Shown: positions 59,684-64,000 of the stretch, piece by piece
Numbering within the stretch: position 1 is the stretch's first letter
How the letters are laid out: every line of letters starts with the position of its first letter
Origin: Promethearchaeota archaeon
Lineage (GTDB): Archaea; Asgardarchaeota; Lokiarchaeia; Sigyniarchaeales; SOKP01
Assembly (NCBI GenBank): GCA_016839705.1
Contig: JAEOTR010000032.1
Location: 1-64,000, forward strand
Direction of reading: 5' to 3'
DNA length: 64,000 bases
The notes under the pieces: model-generated
What the model was told of the DNA's origin: nothing
Databases searched by the model: none
The model's input: only the letters and a program-made list of their open reading frames with translations
Position numbers and translations under genes: made by a program

Positions 59684-59786
59684 ATTATATTATTTTCAAT
59701 CTCATTAGGAAACTTTATGCATATTCTGAACGTATTATTTAGATATTACACAGATAAATATGTTCATTTGAATCTTATGGAATATA

Positions 59787-59954
59787 ATGAATGTCGAAGG
59801 TAATCATGATATGGAACTGTTTGAAGAGGAAGTTGAAATGTACAATTCAAAGATGCGATTACTGAATTGGCTATATGATGAAATCAGAATTCACCCGGAA
59901 ATATCCAAGGATATGGTTAATGAAAAAGGCCAAAAACTTCCACTTAATTTCTAA
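59787..59954 (+). CDS. 55-aa hypothetical small protein (not in ORF track)
   Basis: MNVEGNHDMELFEEEVEMYNSKMRLLNWLYDEIRIHPEISKDMVNEKGQKLPLNF; fills the gap and ends 5 nt before the convergent pcp stop. Confidence 0.55.
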   Translation: MNVEGNHDMELFEEEVEMYNSKMRLLNWLYDEIRIHPEISKDMVNEKGQKLPLNF

Positions 59955-59959
59955 ATCAT

Positions 59960-60529
59960 TTAATTCATATCAGGATGAATAGATACTATTGTCCTAATTA
60001 ATTTATCTATTACTTCAATACCTTTATTTAATTCTACTTTATACGGAATATGGATAAAAACAATTAGATATTTTTTTTCTGATAGAAGCAGAGACCAATA
60101 ATAAATATAATTACATAAGTATATACCTGGATAATTTGAAAAGGTAATTTGTTTTTTGTCTTTTAGGTGTAAATTAGAATATAATTTGTTAATATTTAAG
60201 GTGGTTTTCAATAATAAGGGGCTCTTATATCGAATCAAACCAAACTTAAATTTACCATTCATATCTTTGCCAAAAACAAAGTTCCATCCGTACTTTTCTA
60301 TAATGAATTTTTTACCTTCATGAATACCTAAGTGGATTACTAATTTTAGATCTGAATAACCCTGAGTTAGTAGCTTATTAAGGGAATTCAGACTTAAGTC
60401 CCAAATTACGGGGAATACTTTCTTCTTAATGGGTAAATTTAAATTCGATAAATCAAGTTTTTCTACAATTTTGGCGCTAAGATTGAAAGATCTTCTTCCA
60501 TATGGCCCAAAACCAGTCAAAATTATCAA
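59960..60529 (-). CDS. pcp: Pyroglutamyl-peptidase I (C15 family)
   Basis: LTGFGPY, N.S, HLG, G.YLCN, FIHIP. Confidence 0.85.
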   Translation of the reverse strand: MIILTGFGPYGRRSFNLSAKIVEKLDLSNLNLPIKKKVFPVIWDLSLNSLNKLLTQGYSDLKLVIHLGIHEGKKFIIEKYGWNFVFGKDMNGKFKFGLIRYKSPLLLKTTLNINKLYSNLHLKDKKQITFSNYPGIYLCNYIYYWSLLLSEKKYLIVFIHIPYKVELNKGIEVIDKLIRTIVSIHPDMN

Positions 60530-60590
60530 GATTAAAACCTAATACATCTTCGAATCAAAATAATTTGGAAATGAAAAAAATTAAAAAAAA

Positions 60591-61016
60591 TTAATACTCT
60601 TCTGATTCTGCTTCTTTTGCTTTCGCTTTTTCTAAATTACTCAATTCTTTTTTTAAAGCGTTTATTTCTTTTTGAATATCTTTAATTTTCTTTTTCTTTT
60701 CAGATTCAATTGACTTTAACTTGTCATTTAAAGCTTTTTCTTTATCACTTTTCAATTTTGAGAGTTTTTTGCTTTCATCTTTAGCAGCAGCAATTTTTTC
60801 TTTCTTCTTTTCCGACCATTCTGCTGCTTTTTCAATTGCTTCATCCCTAAGTTGTTCTTCTTCTTCCAGTTTTACTTTTACTTCATTAATCTTAGCATCA
60901 AACTCATCTTCAATTTCTTTCTCTGCAGACCCATCCTGTTTAGAAGCTTCTTCCTCTATTCTAGTGATATCATCTTCTTTCGCAGAGATCTGACTTCTAA
61001 TTTCTTCCTCAGACAT
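60591..61016 (-). CDS. Highly charged Glu/Lys coiled-coil protein
   Basis: Almost entirely E/K/A/I/L heptad-like sequence. Confidence 0.75.
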   Translation of the reverse strand: MSEEEIRSQISAKEDDITRIEEEASKQDGSAEKEIEDEFDAKINEVKVKLEEEEQLRDEAIEKAAEWSEKKKEKIAAAKDESKKLSKLKSDKEKALNDKLKSIESEKKKKIKDIQKEINALKKELSNLEKAKAKEAESEEY

Positions 61017-61230
61017 AATAATTCAATTTTGATAAATAATTTAGTATTTTTGATATTTTTGTTAGTAGTTCAAATGTTATAAATTATTGGTTAGTTCTAC
61101 TACGATTACTTTCACCTATTTTTAAATTTTTTAGAAAAATTTATTATCATTATCCTTTGTATCTACTTATACAAAGATTAAGATATCGTTAACTTTTGGT
61201 TAAAAAGCAAAGATTAAAAGGTTGTATATA

Positions 61231-63159
61231 ATGGGAAAAACTTTAACTGAAAAAATTTTAGAACAACATCTAGTTGAAGGAAAATTAGAAAAAGGTACTG
61301 ACATTGCCATTAAGATTGATCAAACACTAACTCAAGATGCTACTGGGACGATGGCTTATTTACAATTTGAATCAATGGGCATTTCTCGTGTTCAAACAGA
61401 ACTATCAGTGAGTTATGTGGATCATAACACATTACAAACAGATTTTAAAAATCCTGATGATCATAGATATCTTCAGAGTATTGCTGCAAGATATGGTTTA
61501 TATTTTTCTCGTCCTGGCAATGGTATTTGTCACCAAGTCCATCTTGAGCGTTTTGCTCGTCCAGGTAGAACATTATTAGGGAGTGATAGCCATACACCTA
61601 CAGGAGGAGGTGTAGGGTCGATAGCAATAGGGGCAGGTGGACTTGATGTCGCTGCTGCAATGGCTGGTGAATCTTTCCACTTAAAAATGCCTCAAATTGT
61701 TAATGTATATGTTACGGGAAAACTACCAGATTTTGTTTCTGCAAAAGATGTAATTTTAGAGATATTACGAAGAATTGGCGTAAAAGGAGGGGTTAATAAA
61801 GTTTTAGAATATACTGGTCCAGGGATAAAAACTCTCACAGTCCCAGAACGAGGTACTATTACAAATATGGGAACTGAAACTGGAGCAACAACTTCAATTT
61901 TTCCATCTGATGAGATTACTAAAGAATTTTTAGAAGCTCAAGAAAGGGGAGATCAATGGACTCATTTAGAACCAGATGAGGATGCTGTATATGATGAAAG
62001 AATTGAAATCAAGTTAGGTGAACTTGAACCACTCATCGCTGAACCACATAGCCCTGGAAATGTAAAAACTGTGAAAGAAATTGAAGGCTTTAAAGTAGAC
62101 CAAGTCTGTATAGGAAGTTGTACTAATTCATCTTTAAAAGATCTAAAAGCTGTTGCTAGCATTTTAAAAGGAAACACTATTGATGAAGGTACAGTATTAA
62201 CTGTATCGGCTGGCTCACGACAAGTAGTTGAACATATGATCCATTCTGGTGATATGGTAGATTTACTAAAATCCGGAGCAAGGATCCTTGAAAACGCTTG
62301 TGGACCATGCATTGGCATGGGATTAGCGCCTAAATCCAATGCGGTATCGTTAAGAACTTTCAATAGAAATTTTTTGGGTCGATCTGGTACAAAAAGTGCC
62401 CAAGCTTATCTTGTAAGTCCAGAAACTGCAGCAATATCTGCTATTAAAGGAAAGTTAACAGATCCTCGATCTTTAGGTTCCCTTCCAGAAATAAAAATGC
62501 CAGATAAATTTTATGTAAATGACAATATGATAATTCCACCGTTATCCCCTGAAAAAGCAAAGGAAGTAGAAATCGTAAGAGGACCAAATATTATACCTTT
62601 ACCCGAATTTAATCCATTACCTGATAAATTATCCGGAACAGTTCTATTGAAAGTAGAAGATGATATTACTACCGATCATATTATGCCCGCAGGAGCAAAA
62701 ATTTTACCTTTAAGAAGCAATATCCCCGAAATTAGCAAGTTTGTATTTAATGTTCTTGATGAAACATTTCCTGATAGGTCATTAGAGAAAGGTGGTGGTT
62801 TTGTAGTAGGAGGAGAAAACTATGGTCAAGGATCAAGCAGAGAACATGCCGCAATTGCTCCTAAGTATTTAGGACTCAAAGCTGTAATTGTCAAATCCTT
62901 TGCTCGAATTCATCTAGCAAACCTCGTTAATTTTGGTATTGTACCCTTGACATTTGTAAACAAAGAGGACTATAACACGGTGGAACAGGGTGATATGTTT
63001 GAAATCGATCTTACAACACTCAATACGGGAGAAGTTATTTTAAAAAATCTTACCAAGAACTCTGAGATTCCGTTGTCTCATTCTCTAGGTGACACAGAAA
63101 TAGAATTATTAAAAGCTGGTGGAAAGCTCACTTTCATCAAACAAAAACACACAATTTAG
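61231..63159 (+). CDS. Aconitate hydratase (single-chain, about 640 aa type)
   Basis: TQDATG, DHN, GICHQVH, GSDSHT, IGSCTN, CGPCIG, TTDHI.PAG, NYGQGSSREHA. Confidence 0.95.
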   Translation: MGKTLTEKILEQHLVEGKLEKGTDIAIKIDQTLTQDATGTMAYLQFESMGISRVQTELSVSYVDHNTLQTDFKNPDDHRYLQSIAARYGLYFSRPGNGICHQVHLERFARPGRTLLGSDSHTPTGGGVGSIAIGAGGLDVAAAMAGESFHLKMPQIVNVYVTGKLPDFVSAKDVILEILRRIGVKGGVNKVLEYTGPGIKTLTVPERGTITNMGTETGATTSIFPSDEITKEFLEAQERGDQWTHLEPDEDAVYDERIEIKLGELEPLIAEPHSPGNVKTVKEIEGFKVDQVCIGSCTNSSLKDLKAVASILKGNTIDEGTVLTVSAGSRQVVEHMIHSGDMVDLLKSGARILENACGPCIGMGLAPKSNAVSLRTFNRNFLGRSGTKSAQAYLVSPETAAISAIKGKLTDPRSLGSLPEIKMPDKFYVNDNMIIPPLSPEKAKEVEIVRGPNIIPLPEFNPLPDKLSGTVLLKVEDDITTDHIMPAGAKILPLRSNIPEISKFVFNVLDETFPDRSLEKGGGFVVGGENYGQGSSREHAAIAPKYLGLKAVIVKSFARIHLANLVNFGIVPLTFVNKEDYNTVEQGDMFEIDLTTLNTGEVILKNLTKNSEIPLSHSLGDTEIELLKAGGKLTFIKQKHTI

Positions 63160-63435
63160 AAATATAAAAAAATTTTTTATTCTTTTTGTTTTTATTTATT
63201 TGAATTTTATGAGTAGTAGAAGATATTTGATTGATCCAAAAAAGCGCCTTTCTTCAAATTTTGAGACATAAAAATTCCAACAAACTAGTTTGTAATTATT
63301 TAGTCTAAAAATATCCTTTTAAACATTTACAATAAGATAGGTTTAGTACGATGACAGAGAACTTACTTTAACTTTATAATATATAGAGTTTTAATAAATG
63401 ATATTAAAAAAATAAAAAAAACTTGGGAATTAAAA

Positions 63436-63948
63436 GTGCCAATAATATCAATTGAAGTTAAAGGGGAGGTTAAAACACCAAAAATAGATCCTTCATCATG
63501 GGTTTCTGAATCCGCTTGGGTTATTGGTGATGTTACAATTGGCCCTGAAAACGTGATTTATCAAGGAGTAATAATTCGTGGGGATTTTGCTAAAGTAGAG
63601 ATTGGGGCTAAGAATGTTTTTCAAGACGCCTGTATCATAAATACTGCAGAGGGGTTTAAAACTACGATAGGGGATAATAATTTAATAGGATTTGGTGCCA
63701 TAGTCCATGGTGCTACTATCAAAAATAATACAGTAATAGGCATCCAGTCAGTGGTAATGATTACCGTAATTGTTGAAGATGACTCCATGGTTGGAGCTAC
63801 TTCTTTTGTAGGAATGGGAAAGAAAGTACCAACTGGAAAAAAATGGATTGGTCGTGAAATAAAAGGCGATAATAATCAAGGGAAAATGTGGGAAGCAGGA
63901 AGACAATCATGGCGTAAAATGGGACTTGCTATGAAGGTTCAGAAATAA
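63436..63948 (+). CDS. Gamma carbonic anhydrase-like (CaiE/PaaY/YrdA) hexapeptide protein
   Basis: VIGDVTIG, IRGD, FQD, VHGATI hexapeptide repeats. Confidence 0.82.
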   Translation: MPIISIEVKGEVKTPKIDPSSWVSESAWVIGDVTIGPENVIYQGVIIRGDFAKVEIGAKNVFQDACIINTAEGFKTTIGDNNLIGFGAIVHGATIKNNTVIGIQSVVMITVIVEDDSMVGATSFVGMGKKVPTGKKWIGREIKGDNNQGKMWEAGRQSWRKMGLAMKVQK

Positions 63949-64000
63949 AAACCTTAATCTTTTTTTTATTCATTAAAATTATCCTAATTATTATTTCAAA

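Noticed and set aside
60591-61016. Coiled-coil protein considered as ESCRT-III/Snf7, prefoldin or V-ATPase subunit G
   Set aside because: Low-complexity E/K composition without diagnostic motifs or supporting context.
1369-62363. Many 60-140 aa ORFs antisense to or nested in long genes (e.g. 1369..1758, 2066..2494, 22557..22952, 30287..30703, 42633..42887, 50037..50417, 61962..62363)
   Set aside because: Shadow ORFs of well-supported genes; Ser/Phe/Ile-rich with no motifs.

Overview
AT-rich, gene-dense archaeal chromosomal segment. Gene content points to Asgard archaea, probably Lokiarchaeia (inference): a Rab-like GTPase, a C-terminal diglycine ubiquitin-like protein, TPR proteins with a longin-like tail, an SDS22-like LRR, Yip1, HdrB/CCG proteins and many TTG starts. 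Housekeeping and metabolic genes include a class II ribonucleotide reductase, a MiaB/MtaB-type methylthiotransferase, two AlaX editing proteins, two tandem glutamate dehydrogenases, aconitase, UvsE, TatD, two CoA ligases and a HEPN/MNT toxin-antitoxin pair. No rRNA, tRNA, CRISPR array or transposase was seen. The main candidate for a new system lies at 17.1-35.0 kb: six genes in three loci encode eight copies of a '2 transmembrane helices + left-handed beta-helix' module, in three subtypes arranged A+B+C, AB-fusion and AB-fusion+C. This resembles a split, carrier-less version of the membrane condensation region of epsilon-poly-L-lysine synthetase (Pls), interspersed with a GH3 adenylating enzyme and two CoA ligases. 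Other highlights: a ubiquitin-like / degenerate GTPase / membrane C4C4 RING-like neighbourhood (41.6-44.3 kb), conserved N-termini that appear to need ATA/ATT start codons, and several microproteins missing from the ORF track. All family assignments come from reading motifs by eye; no database search was run.
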